From assembly GCA_004347685.1 (NCBI GenBank), contig SLTJ01000037.1, forward strand, positions 7,417 to 71,416: 64,000 bases of DNA, in the 5' to 3' direction. Numbering within the stretch: the stretch's first letter is position 1; the number at the start of each line of letters is the position of its first letter. Origin of the DNA: Clostridia bacterium (GTDB lineage: Bacteria > Bacillota > DSM-521 > Neomoorellales > SLTJ01). Made by a program: the position numbers and the translations under genes. Of the stretch, positions 39,823-49,343 are shown in pieces. The notes below the pieces were generated by a model that saw nothing but the letters and a program-made list of their open reading frames with translations, was not told where the DNA came from and did not search any database.

Positions 39823-42800
39823 GTGGGCTTTCTGCGTTCGGTTATCCGGAGGCCCGTGGCCGTGCTGATGGCTATCCTGGTGGTGGTGCTCCTGGGAGTT
39901 GTCTCCTTAAGCGGGTTGTCCCTGGAGCTTTTCCCGGCCCTGGAAATGCCGATCGCCGCCGTGATCACCACTTATCAGGGGGCAGGTCCTGAAGAAATCG
40001 AAAACTTGGTTACCCGGCCCCTGGAGGAAACGCTGAGTACCGTCAGCGGCGTGGACAGTGTCCAGTCAACCTCCCAGGCCGGCACTTCCATGGTCATGCT
40101 GCAGTTCGCCTGGGGCACCGATATGGATTTCGCCACCCTGGACATGCGGGAAAAGGTAGACCTTATCAAAGGCTTCTTGCCTACAGACGCTCAAGATCCC
40201 ATGGTCTTAAAACTGGACCCCACCATGATGCCGGTCATGCAGTTGAGCGTCAGCGGCGACATGGACCTGGCCCAGCTAAAGGCTATAGCCGAGGATACCA
40301 TTAAGAATCGCCTGGAGCGCATTGACGGCGTGGCATCGGTCAACGTTATGGGTGGCCTGACCAGGGAAGTCCAGGTCATCGTGGACCCGGCCCGCCTGGC
40401 CAGCTACGGGCTTTCCCTGGCCCAAGTCACCCAGGCCCTGGCCGGGGAAAACCTCAACCTTTCCGGCGGCCAGGTGCGGAGCGGAAAGCAGGAATACCTC
40501 ATCCGCGTCACCGGCCAGTTTGACGCCCTGAAGCAGGTAGGCCAGGTCCCGATACCTACCCCGGCCGGTACCGTAGTGCGGGTGCAGGACGTGGCCGAGG
40601 TGCGGGATGCCTATGCTGACAAGACCAGCATCAGCCGCCTTGACGGCCGGGACAGTATTTCCCTTTCCGTTAACCGGCAGACCAACGCCAACAGCGTGGA
40701 CATCAGCCGCCAGGTGCACCAGGCCCTGGAAGAGCTGCGCCAGAGCCTGCCGGGCAACTTGCAAATCTATACTGTCTATGACGAAGCCGATTACATCCAG
40801 AGTTCCTTAAACAACGTAATCCAGAACCTGGTCATTGGCGCCATCCTAGCCGCCTTGGTGCTGTTGATTTTCTTGCGCAGCTTCCGCAGCACCGTAATTG
40901 TCGGCCTCTCCATGCCCGTTTCCGTAATTGCCACCTTTGTCCTCATGAGGTTCGGGCATCTCGACCTGAACATGATGACCTTGGGCGGCCTGGCCCTGGG
41001 CATAGGCATGATGGTCAGCGGCGGCATTATCGTCCTGGAAAATATTTACCGCCTCCGAGAGGAGGGGTTTGAGCCCGAAGACGCCGCAGTCCAGGGAACT
41101 GTGGAAGTGACCAACGCTGTAGTGGCCTCCATTCTCACCAACGTGGTGGTATTCTTGCCCATTGTCTTCACCCAGGGCTTGGCCAACGAACTTTTTACAC
41201 CCCTGGCCCTGACCGTCACTTTCTCTCTCCTGGCCTCCCTCATCGTATCCCTGACCCAGGTGCCGATGATGGCGGCCCGTTTCCTGGGGAACGTGACTCG
41301 GCCGGCTCAGGAGAAGGTCAGAAGCGGGCGGTGGGGAGGCTTCATGGCTACTACGGAAACCTGGCTCACCCGGCTAGATAACTTTTACAGCCGCATGCTC
41401 AAATGGTCCCTTGGCCACCGCTGGCTGGTGGTGGGGGTATGCCTGATCCTGGTTGTGGCCAGCGCGGCTCTGGTGCCGGTCCTGGGGATGGAACTCATCC
41501 CGGCCATGGACCAGGGCCGGGTCACGGTAAACATCCAGCTTCCCCACGGCACCGCCTTGGAAGAAACGGAAAAGGTGGCCGGCCGGGTTGAGGCTTTGGC
41601 CGGCGACCGAAACCGCTTTCCCGAGGTGGAAGCCGTGGCCACCACAATGGGCAGCAGTGATTTTGGCCAGATGGGTTTCGGGTTCGGCGCGGGTATTTCC
41701 GAAATCGCCACGGTGGAGCTTGACCTGGTGCCCCTGGGCGAGCGCCACCGTTCCAGCCGGGAAGTGGCCGAGGCCATGCGCACCGCGGTACGAGACATTC
41801 CCGGGGCCGAGATCACCGTCAACGATAACGCCCTGACCGGAATGGCTGGCGGCCTGATGGCCCCGGTGGAGGTGGACATTACCGGGGACGACCTGCAGCT
41901 CCTGGGACAACTGGCCGAGCAGGCAGCCGGCATAGTACGCGAGGTTCCCGGGACCAGGGAAGTGAAGTCCAGCCTGGAGGAAGGCCGTCCAGAAGTCGAG
42001 GTGCGCATTGACCGGGGTGTGGCCGGGCAATACGGCCTGAGCGTGGCCCAGATCGCCTCGGTGGTGCGTACGGCCATCCAGGGCCAGGTGGCTACCCAGT
42101 ACCGTACCGGTGGCGACGAGATTGACGTGCGGGTGCGTTTCCCCGAAGAAGCGCGGCGAAACCTCCAGGACCTGGAGGACCTGCTCCTCCTCTCGCCTAC
42201 CGGCACCCGGGTGCCCCTGCGGGCCGTGGCCGAAGTGGCCGTGGTCCAAGGCCCTAATACTATCCAGCGTTCCGACCAGGTGCGCCAGGTGGCGGTGACG
42301 GCCAACCTGGGGGCCGGGTACAACCTGGGCCAGGTGATGGGAGAGATCCAGCGCCGCCTAGGCAACTTACCGTTACCGGCCGGCTATGCCATTTCCTACG
42401 GTGGGGAGACGGAGCAGATTAACGAGGCCTTCGGCAGCCTCTATATAGCCTTGCTCATCGCCATCTTCCTGGTATACATGATCATGGCCGCCCAGTTTGA
42501 GTCCCTGGTGCACCCCTTTACGGTAATGTTTTCCCTGCCGGTAGCCGCTATCGGCGCCATCCTGGGTCTGCTGATCACCGGACGTTCCCTGAGCATTACC
42601 GCCTTTATCGGCGCGGTGGTTCTGGTCGGGGTAGCCGTAAACAATGCCATTGTGCTGGTGGACTACTTTAACCTCTTGCGGGGTCGCGGCATGCCGCGGG
42701 ACGAGGCCATCCTGGAGGGAGGGCCGCGCCGCCTGCGGGCTATCCTCATGACCACCCTGACCACGGTGTTGGGCATGTTCCCCCTGGCCTTGGGCATCGG

Positions 42801-42987
42801 CGAAGGGGCGGAGGCCCAGGCCCCCATGGCCACGGTGGTGGTGGGCGGGATGTTGACCTCAACCATTCTGGGTCTGCTGCTGGTGCCCGTGCTCTATACC
42901 ATATTTGATGACCTGAGCCAGCGGATAAACCGCAGGCGCCAGGACCGTGGAGTTCTTTCTCAGGAAGGAGGAAGTCAGAGTGTCTAA
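39823..42987 (+). CDS. RND family efflux transporter (AcrB/HAE1-like)
   Basis: 1054 aa, 12-TM/2-loop architecture, typical N-terminus FLRSVIRRPVAVLMAILVVVLLG. Confidence 0.9.
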   Translation: MGFLRSVIRRPVAVLMAILVVVLLGVVSLSGLSLELFPALEMPIAAVITTYQGAGPEEIENLVTRPLEETLSTVSGVDSVQSTSQAGTSMVMLQFAWGTDMDFATLDMREKVDLIKGFLPTDAQDPMVLKLDPTMMPVMQLSVSGDMDLAQLKAIAEDTIKNRLERIDGVASVNVMGGLTREVQVIVDPARLASYGLSLAQVTQALAGENLNLSGGQVRSGKQEYLIRVTGQFDALKQVGQVPIPTPAGTVVRVQDVAEVRDAYADKTSISRLDGRDSISLSVNRQTNANSVDISRQVHQALEELRQSLPGNLQIYTVYDEADYIQSSLNNVIQNLVIGAILAALVLLIFLRSFRSTVIVGLSMPVSVIATFVLMRFGHLDLNMMTLGGLALGIGMMVSGGIIVLENIYRLREEGFEPEDAAVQGTVEVTNAVVASILTNVVVFLPIVFTQGLANELFTPLALTVTFSLLASLIVSLTQVPMMAARFLGNVTRPAQEKVRSGRWGGFMATTETWLTRLDNFYSRMLKWSLGHRWLVVGVCLILVVASAALVPVLGMELIPAMDQGRVTVNIQLPHGTALEETEKVAGRVEALAGDRNRFPEVEAVATTMGSSDFGQMGFGFGAGISEIATVELDLVPLGERHRSSREVAEAMRTAVRDIPGAEITVNDNALTGMAGGLMAPVEVDITGDDLQLLGQLAEQAAGIVREVPGTREVKSSLEEGRPEVEVRIDRGVAGQYGLSVAQIASVVRTAIQGQVATQYRTGGDEIDVRVRFPEEARRNLQDLEDLLLLSPTGTRVPLRAVAEVAVVQGPNTIQRSDQVRQVAVTANLGAGYNLGQVMGEIQRRLGNLPLPAGYAISYGGETEQINEAFGSLYIALLIAIFLVYMIMAAQFESLVHPFTVMFSLPVAAIGAILGLLITGRSLSITAFIGAVVLVGVAVNNAIVLVDYFNLLRGRGMPRDEAILEGGPRRLRAILMTTLTTVLGMFPLALGIGEGAEAQAPMATVVVGGMLTSTILGLLLVPVLYTIFDDLSQRINRRRQDRGVLSQEGGSQSV

Positions 42988-44251
42988 CAAACGCGCAAGC
43001 CTGCTGGCGGCCGGGCTGGCCCTGGTAGCCGGCCTGCTCCTGGTGTCACCGGCCGGAGACGGAGTGCAGGCCGCCGAAGAAAGCGGCGCCATATCCTTGA
43101 GCCTGACCCGGGCGCAGGAGATCGCCCTGGAAAACAACGACGACTTGAAACTAGCCCGCCTGGCCGTGGAAAACGCCAAAGTGGCCCTACGGGAAGCGGA
43201 AGATGCGGCCGACGACCTTCCTGCTGACAGCGTTACTTCCTACACTGGCAACCCTCTGTTGGGGGCTGCCGGTGCCGTCACCAAATACGTTACGCCGGTG
43301 CAGAAGGCCAATGAACTGGGTGCTGCCGAGCGGGCCCTGCAAGACGCTGAGAACGGGATACGGTTGCAAGTGGAGGCAATGTATTACACTCTTCTGGAAG
43401 CAGCGGAAACGGTAAAGAACAAGGAGGCGGCCCTAGGGAGGGCCAAGGAAAACCTGCGGCTGGCCCAGGCCCGCCAGGAGGCCGGCACCGCGGCCCAGGT
43501 AGAAGTTCTGGCCCAAGAACTGGCGGTTAACAGCGCCGAGACCGAACTGGAGGCTGCCCGCAACAACCATCAAAAGGCCTTGCTGGACTTCAACCGACTG
43601 CTGGGCCTACCCCTGGAAACCCAGGTGGAACCGACCGACGAGTTCACCTTCGAGCCCCTGGATGTCGCCCTTGGGGAATTCTTGGACCAGGAACTGAAAG
43701 GAAACAGCAGCCTCCTCAACGCCAGCGACGCCCTGAAGCTGGCCCGGGTCAACCTGGAGCAGGCCGGCCGGTTTTATACGCCCAATGTCTACACTTACCG
43801 CAAGGCCGCCTTCGGCGTGCAGCAGGCCGAAGCGGCTCAGCAGCGGGCCGAGACCCAATTGGAGGTGGCGGTGCGCAAGGCTTATCTAGACCTCTCCTCA
43901 GCCGCTGCCGCTTACCCGCTGGCAAACAAGGGGCTGGAACTGGCGCGGGAAAGGGAACGGCTAGTACGTTTGCAGTACGAGGTGGGTCTGGCGACTTCGC
44001 TTGATCTCACCGGAGCTGAAGACGCCCTGGCCGAGGCGGAGGCTGGGGTCCTGACGGCCATTCACCGCTACAACCTGGCCAAGACGCCCTTCAAGTACCG
44101 CCTGTTTACCACCGGAGCCGGCAGCGCTGCCGGCTCCGGCGCGGCTACCGGGGGAGGCCAGCCCGCGGGCCTGGCCTCCCCCGGAATGGCCGCCGCCACC
44201 CCAGGGCCAGACCTTACTATGATCGGCCCGGCCGAGGAGGTGAGGCCGTGA
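42980..44251 (+). CDS. TolC-family outer membrane efflux protein-like
   Basis: Signal-like N-terminus and the two-repeat coiled-coil pattern of OEP proteins (LSLTRAQEIALENNDDLKLARL...). GTG at 42980 after GGAGG. Gly/Ala-rich tail. Confidence 0.75.
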   Translation: MSNKRASLLAAGLALVAGLLLVSPAGDGVQAAEESGAISLSLTRAQEIALENNDDLKLARLAVENAKVALREAEDAADDLPADSVTSYTGNPLLGAAGAVTKYVTPVQKANELGAAERALQDAENGIRLQVEAMYYTLLEAAETVKNKEAALGRAKENLRLAQARQEAGTAAQVEVLAQELAVNSAETELEAARNNHQKALLDFNRLLGLPLETQVEPTDEFTFEPLDVALGEFLDQELKGNSSLLNASDALKLARVNLEQAGRFYTPNVYTYRKAAFGVQQAEAAQQRAETQLEVAVRKAYLDLSSAAAAYPLANKGLELARERERLVRLQYEVGLATSLDLTGAEDALAEAEAGVLTAIHRYNLAKTPFKYRLFTTGAGSAAGSGAATGGGQPAGLASPGMAAATPGPDLTMIGPAEEVRP

Positions 44252-44853
44252 CTACTGAGCGGGTTCCCCTAGAGGAAAGACGGAAGCAAATCCTGGAGTC
44301 TGCCATCCATGTCTTTGCCCAAAAGGGTTTTCACCAGGCGCTTGTGGAGGAAATCGCCGCCGAAGCCGGGATCGGCAAGGGCACGGTATACGAATACTTT
44401 CCCAGTAAAAAGGAGTTGTTCCGGGAGATAGTCAAGTATGCCGCCGGCATCTACCTTGACGCCATTGCTACCAGTCTAGCGGCCCCTACCACGGTAAAGG
44501 AAAAGCTAAGCGAGCTATTCCGTATCCACCTGGAGTTCCTCAGCAAGCACCGGGACATGGCCCGGCTGCTAGTAATGGAGTATCCCAGTTTGGGTGGAGA
44601 GATGTACGAGTGGCTGGTGGAACAACGCCGGCAAGTGACCCAGCTAGTGGAGAAGATGCTGGCCCAGGGCATAAGCCGACGGGAACTGCGCCCCATAGAC
44701 CAGGGCCTGGCCGCGCAGGTCATCCTGGGTGCCCAGGGGGCGGTGGGTAGCTGGGTTGTTTTCTGCGCCGACGCCCCGTCCTCCCCGGTGGCGATTGCGA
44801 CTGATACAGCAGATCTGCTTCTCCGAGGCATAGGCCACGAAGGGGAGAAGTAG
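44248..44853 (+). CDS. TetR/AcrR family transcriptional regulator
   Basis: N-terminal HTH ILESAIHVFAQKGFHQALVEEIAAEAGIGKGTVYEYF. Confidence 0.85.
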   Translation: MTTERVPLEERRKQILESAIHVFAQKGFHQALVEEIAAEAGIGKGTVYEYFPSKKELFREIVKYAAGIYLDAIATSLAAPTTVKEKLSELFRIHLEFLSKHRDMARLLVMEYPSLGGEMYEWLVEQRRQVTQLVEKMLAQGISRRELRPIDQGLAAQVILGAQGAVGSWVVFCADAPSSPVAIATDTADLLLRGIGHEGEK

Positions 44854-45093
44854 GGAGTGAGCAAAAAGGCCCGGGCAGAGCGTACGGCTGCGGGGTAGTA
44901 ACCCCGGCCGCGCGCCTGACCTGAGCCCTTCCCCGGCCTTTCCAGCCGCGTAACCGTGTGGCGGTTCCCTCAACCTTGCCGCGGGTGCTGTCCACAAGGC
45001 GGGAATAGCGCCTTAATCTAACGCCGGCAGTTAAGCGGAAGTGCCGGCCGGCCTCCTTGCCCCTGATTACCGTTTCGGCCCCCGGCCCCCAGT

Positions 45094-46602
45094 TTATGCT
45101 CCAGCCGGCTTTACTCCCAGAACTCTCAGGCTCCGCTCGTCCAGGCCCACGCCTCGCAACCGTTCCCGGCTGCCGCGCAGGCTCTCGATAGCATTTACCC
45201 CCAGGGAGCCCAGGACTTCCTTGATCTCCAGGGACCAGGCACGGATCAGGTTAACCAGGTTCTGTGCCCCTTCCTCCGGGTCCAGACGCCGCACCAGCTC
45301 CGGACGCTGGGTGGCGATGCCCCAGGCACAGTTGCCGGTATGGCATTTCTGGCAGACGCGGCATCCCAAGGCCACCAGGGCCGCAGTGCCGATGGCCACG
45401 GCGTCGGCCCCCAGGGCGATGGCCTTCACTACGTCGCCGCTATGGCGCATACCGCCAGCGGCGATGAGGGAGACGCTGTTCCGGATGCCTTCCTGCCGCA
45501 ACCGGTCGTCTACCGAGGCAATGGCCACCTCAATGGGGATGCCCACATGGTTGCGCACTATCATGGGTGTGGCCCCGGAGCCGCCCCGGAAGCCGTCAAT
45601 GTATATCATATCAGCCCCGGCCCGGGCGATGCCGCTGGCTATGGCGGCCACGTTATGCACGGCGGCGATCTTCACCGAAACCGGCCGGGTGTACCGGATG
45701 GCTTCCTTGAGGGCATAAATCAACTGGCTCAAATCTTCAATGGAGTAAATGTCATGGTGCGGGGCCGGCGACAAGGCGTCCGTGCCCACCGGGATCATCC
45801 GGGTCTCGGAGACCTCCTGGTTGACCTTTTCCCCGGGCAGATGGCCGCCGATACCCGGCTTGGCCCCCTGGCCGATCTTGATCTCGATGGCCGCCGAATG
45901 TTCCAGGTACTCCTGGTTCACCCCGAAACGGCCGGAGGCCACCTGGACCACGATGCGGTCGCTGTATGGATACAGGTCCTTGTGCAGCCCGCCCTCCCCG
46001 GTGCTCATCAGGATGCCGGCCTCCTTGGCCGCCCTGGCCAGGGCCTTATGAGCATTCAGGCTGATGGAGCCGTAGGACATGGGGGCGAAGATAATCGGCG
46101 TCTCGAGCTTGACCTGTGGAGCCAGCTCGGTGGCCAGCCGCACCTCGCCGTCCATGCCGTAACTCAGGTCCAGGCTGTTGGGCTTGCGGCCAAGATAAGT
46201 AGTGAGCTCCATGGGCTCGCGTAACGGGTCAATGGAGGGGTTGGTCACCTGACAGGCATCCAGTACCAGATGGTCAAAATACGACAGGTAGGGCCGGTCA
46301 TTGCCCATGCCGGTCAAAAGCATCCCGCCAGTGGTGGCCTGCTTCCAGATGGCCCCGCGGACCTCCGGGGTCCAGTGGGCATTTTCCTTATAAGCAATGG
46401 GGTTGGCCACCACGGTGATGGCGCTCTCCGGGCAGAAAGCCACACAGCGGTGGCAGGCCACGCATTTCCGGTGGTCGGCCACCACGCCGTCAGCAAAGGA
46501 CAGGGCGCCGAAGCTGCAGTTCAGGACGCAGCGCTTGCAACGGCGGCAGCGCTCCCGGTCCACCTGGACGATAAACTCGGCGGGTACGTTCCCGATGATC
46601 AC
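45094..46602 (-). CDS. Glutamate synthase FMN-binding domain protein with an N-terminal 2x[4Fe-4S] ferredoxin domain (archaeal-type GltB domain 2)
   Basis: CRRCKRCVLNC and CVACHRCVAFCP. Also QGAKPGIGGHLPG, DGFRGGSGATP and the 3Fe/4Fe cluster region CRVCQKCHTGNCAWG. Confidence 0.85.
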   Translation of the reverse strand: MIIGNVPAEFIVQVDRERCRRCKRCVLNCSFGALSFADGVVADHRKCVACHRCVAFCPESAITVVANPIAYKENAHWTPEVRGAIWKQATTGGMLLTGMGNDRPYLSYFDHLVLDACQVTNPSIDPLREPMELTTYLGRKPNSLDLSYGMDGEVRLATELAPQVKLETPIIFAPMSYGSISLNAHKALARAAKEAGILMSTGEGGLHKDLYPYSDRIVVQVASGRFGVNQEYLEHSAAIEIKIGQGAKPGIGGHLPGEKVNQEVSETRMIPVGTDALSPAPHHDIYSIEDLSQLIYALKEAIRYTRPVSVKIAAVHNVAAIASGIARAGADMIYIDGFRGGSGATPMIVRNHVGIPIEVAIASVDDRLRQEGIRNSVSLIAAGGMRHSGDVVKAIALGADAVAIGTAALVALGCRVCQKCHTGNCAWGIATQRPELVRRLDPEEGAQNLVNLIRAWSLEIKEVLGSLGVNAIESLRGSRERLRGVGLDERSLRVLGVKPAGA

Positions 46603-47687
46603 GCCACCACCCCCGCTTCGAGTTCGGCTATGACCGGCTCACCGGCCCGCGGGGCCCATACCTTATCCGGGGTACAGACTTCCCAAATGGCACACTCCTC
46701 GCTGGCCATGATCACCAGGTCGTCCTTGGTAGCACAAACCATAGGCCGCAGCTTGATGCGGTCATTGAAGCCCACCATCCTCCTCGCGGAGCCGATAATG
46801 AGGCTGAAGGGTCCGTTCAGCATCCCGGAACCATAAACCTGGCGGACAGCCGTGGCCAGCTCCCTTTTGGCCGGCTCCATGCGCTCGACGTCCTTCCAAA
46901 AGGGGGCCGAGAGGGCCATGCAGGCTATCTCCACCGGCAGGTGATGTCGCCGCTCCAGCAGGTCAAAGAGGTAGGCTACCACCTCGGTATCCGTTTGCAG
47001 GGTGCAGCGGTAACCGAACATCTCCAGGTAGCGCTTGTTGATCCCGTAGGATGATATCTCGCCGTTGTGCACCACTGACCATTCCAGCAGGGTAAAGGGG
47101 TGGGCTCCGCCCCACCAGCCTGGGGTGTTAGTGGGGAAACGGCCGTGGGCCGTCCACAGGTACCCCTCGTATTCCTCCAGGCGGTAGAAGTAGCCCAGGT
47201 CCTCAGGATAACCCACCCCCTTGAAGGCGCCCATATTCTTGCCGCTGGAAGCCACGTAGGCCCCGGGGATACGGTCGTTGATAAGGGTCACCCGGCTCAC
47301 CACGTAATCGTGCTCATCCACCTGCTGCCCGTTGACTTCCAGGACCCGGGGATCAACGCGCAGGAAATAGCGCCAGAGGAGGGGCGGATCCTCGATGGCC
47401 GGCGTATGCCGCACCGGGATGGGCTGGCTTTCGTCCACCTGGAAATTTTCCCGCAGGAAGGCGTCGGTCTCTTCCCGGGCCTGCTTGCTGTCAAAGATAA
47501 CATGGAAGGCATAGTGGTCGGCGTATTGCGGGTAAATCCCGTAAGCCGCAAACCCACCGCCCAGGCCGTTGGACCGGTCGTGCATGGCCGCGATGGATTT
47601 GACGATAACTTCACCGCTCATTTTTCGCCCCTGGCGGCTGATGATACCACTGATAGCACACCCTGACGGGATATAGAACTTCTCCAT
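46599..47687 (-). CDS. Class II glutamine amidotransferase domain protein (archaeal-type GltB domain 1)
   Basis: N-terminal nucleophile context SGCAISGI, Ntn-type GATase pattern. 4-nt overlap with the downstream FMN subunit gene. Confidence 0.85.
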   Translation of the reverse strand: MEKFYIPSGCAISGIISRQGRKMSGEVIVKSIAAMHDRSNGLGGGFAAYGIYPQYADHYAFHVIFDSKQAREETDAFLRENFQVDESQPIPVRHTPAIEDPPLLWRYFLRVDPRVLEVNGQQVDEHDYVVSRVTLINDRIPGAYVASSGKNMGAFKGVGYPEDLGYFYRLEEYEGYLWTAHGRFPTNTPGWWGGAHPFTLLEWSVVHNGEISSYGINKRYLEMFGYRCTLQTDTEVVAYLFDLLERRHHLPVEIACMALSAPFWKDVERMEPAKRELATAVRQVYGSGMLNGPFSLIIGSARRMVGFNDRIKLRPMVCATKDDLVIMASEECAIWEVCTPDKVWAPRAGEPVIAELEAGVVA

Positions 47688-47693
47688 AAAGCT

Positions 47694-49025
47694 TCACTCC
47701 TTCCGCCCCAGCAACTGCTTGAAATCGTCTCCAGGCGGGGCCGGTGACGGAGGCAATCCGAGTTTCTGCCGCGCCTTGACATCCGGGGCTCCCAGCCTGC
47801 CGCTCGTTAAGAATGATTTAACCGCCCCCTGCATGGAAGCCGGCGCCTTTTGCCGCTCCAGGCTCAGGTGTTTTAACGTGGTAAAAACCTTTTCCATACC
47901 GAACTTCTGCGGGCAGAGTTCGTAACAGGTATGGCACTCCAGGCACATCCAGATTTGCCGGCCAGACAGGAGAGCCTCGATCCTGCCGTCCAGCACTTCC
48001 CCGATCAGCCGGTTGGGTTCGAATTCCGGGGTGATCTCGGCTACCGGGCAGTCGCTCACGCAGGCACCGCAAGCATAGCAGTTGCGTACGGCCGCCAGAT
48101 CCAGGTGCCGGCGCACCTGGTCGAAGTCCCGGCGGTGCTTATCCCAGGACGCAAAGAAAGGCGCCAGGTCAACCCGGTGGCCGGAAAGGCCCAATTCTTC
48201 GGGTTCCAGGCCCATGGCCAGGCCCAGAAGTTCCACATAGCTGAAAACCGGCACGTGCAATTGTTCCCCCTGGCGTTGGGCCAGGTACTGTTTCTGGTCA
48301 AACTGCATGAAGCAGGACGGGCAACTCACCGTAATGGCGTCGGCGCCGGCCTCCTGCACCTCCAGCAGTTTCTTCCGGGCCAGGGCCAGGGAAGCCTCAC
48401 CCTCACCTACATTGCCCAGGGCGCCGCCGCAGCACATCATCTTGGTCTGGTACGAGAGGCTCTGAGCCCCCAGTGCCTCCACCAGGGCATCATACTTGGT
48501 GGGTTTCAAAGGATCGTCAAAGTGAATGGCCCAGCTTGGCCGCAGCAAATGGCACCCCGGGTGGACGGCGATCTTCAGGCCGTTCATGGGTTTTTCCAGC
48601 AACATGCGGATGCGGCCGGGGCCGATATCGTCGTGCAGTACCTCCAGCACGTGCTTGACCCGCACCCGGCCCCGGTAGACCAAGCCGATTTCTTCCAGGC
48701 TGGCATTTACTTCAGCCAGGGTGGCGGTGCTGGCCGCCAGTTCCGCCTGAGCCGACTTCAGGGTGCTGTAGCAACCGTTACAAAAGAGCAGCATGTCCAG
48801 CCCCTGGCGTTCGGCCAGGGCCAGATTCCGGGCCGCCGCCAGCAGCCACGCCCTATGGCCCCAGTTGGCCACCAGGTTCTTCTCCGGGCAGCAACTGAAG
48901 CCGTCCACCTCCACCCCTTCGATGCCGACCCGGGCCATCACCCCCCGGATGGATTTCTCCCAGAAGGCCAGCCGGGCGGGTATCTGGCAGCCCCAGTAAA
49001 ACACATACCGCGCGGCTTCGGCCAT
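47694..49025 (-). CDS. HdrB-like (two CCG domains) / HdrC-like (2x[4Fe-4S]) fusion protein
   Basis: CCG domain 1: YWGC..x33..FSCCP..x36..CNGC. CCG domain 2: HPGC...MMCCGG...CPSC. C-terminal CYACGACVSDCP and CLECHTCYELCP. Confidence 0.8.
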   Translation of the reverse strand: MAEAARYVFYWGCQIPARLAFWEKSIRGVMARVGIEGVEVDGFSCCPEKNLVANWGHRAWLLAAARNLALAERQGLDMLLFCNGCYSTLKSAQAELAASTATLAEVNASLEEIGLVYRGRVRVKHVLEVLHDDIGPGRIRMLLEKPMNGLKIAVHPGCHLLRPSWAIHFDDPLKPTKYDALVEALGAQSLSYQTKMMCCGGALGNVGEGEASLALARKKLLEVQEAGADAITVSCPSCFMQFDQKQYLAQRQGEQLHVPVFSYVELLGLAMGLEPEELGLSGHRVDLAPFFASWDKHRRDFDQVRRHLDLAAVRNCYACGACVSDCPVAEITPEFEPNRLIGEVLDGRIEALLSGRQIWMCLECHTCYELCPQKFGMEKVFTTLKHLSLERQKAPASMQGAVKSFLTSGRLGAPDVKARQKLGLPPSPAPPGDDFKQLLGRKE

Positions 49026-49027
49026 GC

Positions 49028-49285
49028 TCAGTCCTCCTCAAGGATGGCCAGAACTTCCCCTACCTTCACCACCTGACCTTCCTTGGCCACTATCTCCGCG
49101 ATGGTGCCGGCCGCCGGGGAGGGCACGTTAAATACCGCCTTGCTGGTAGTCATTTCCACCAGGTCGTCATCCTTCTCCACGTGATCTCCCTCGTCCACCA
49201 GCCAGTAGGAGACGGTAGCTTCCGGTGATTCCTCGGCCAGAAAGGGTAAACGGATCTCCATGGTTAAAACCTCCTTGAACTCCAT
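49028..49285 (-). CDS. Stand-alone lipoyl(biotinyl)-attachment domain protein (85 aa)
   Basis: MEIRLPFLAEESPEATVSYWLVDEGDHVEKDDDLVEMTTSKAVFNVPSPAAGTI... is the E2 lipoyl-domain pattern with the Lys in TSKA. Confidence 0.8.
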   Translation of the reverse strand: MEFKEVLTMEIRLPFLAEESPEATVSYWLVDEGDHVEKDDDLVEMTTSKAVFNVPSPAAGTIAEIVAKEGQVVKVGEVLAILEED

Positions 49286-49343
49286 GTTTTCTAGAGGAAA
49301 GTGCTCGAAAGCCTTTATCCGGCGGCAGGGCTGGCGCCTCCAC

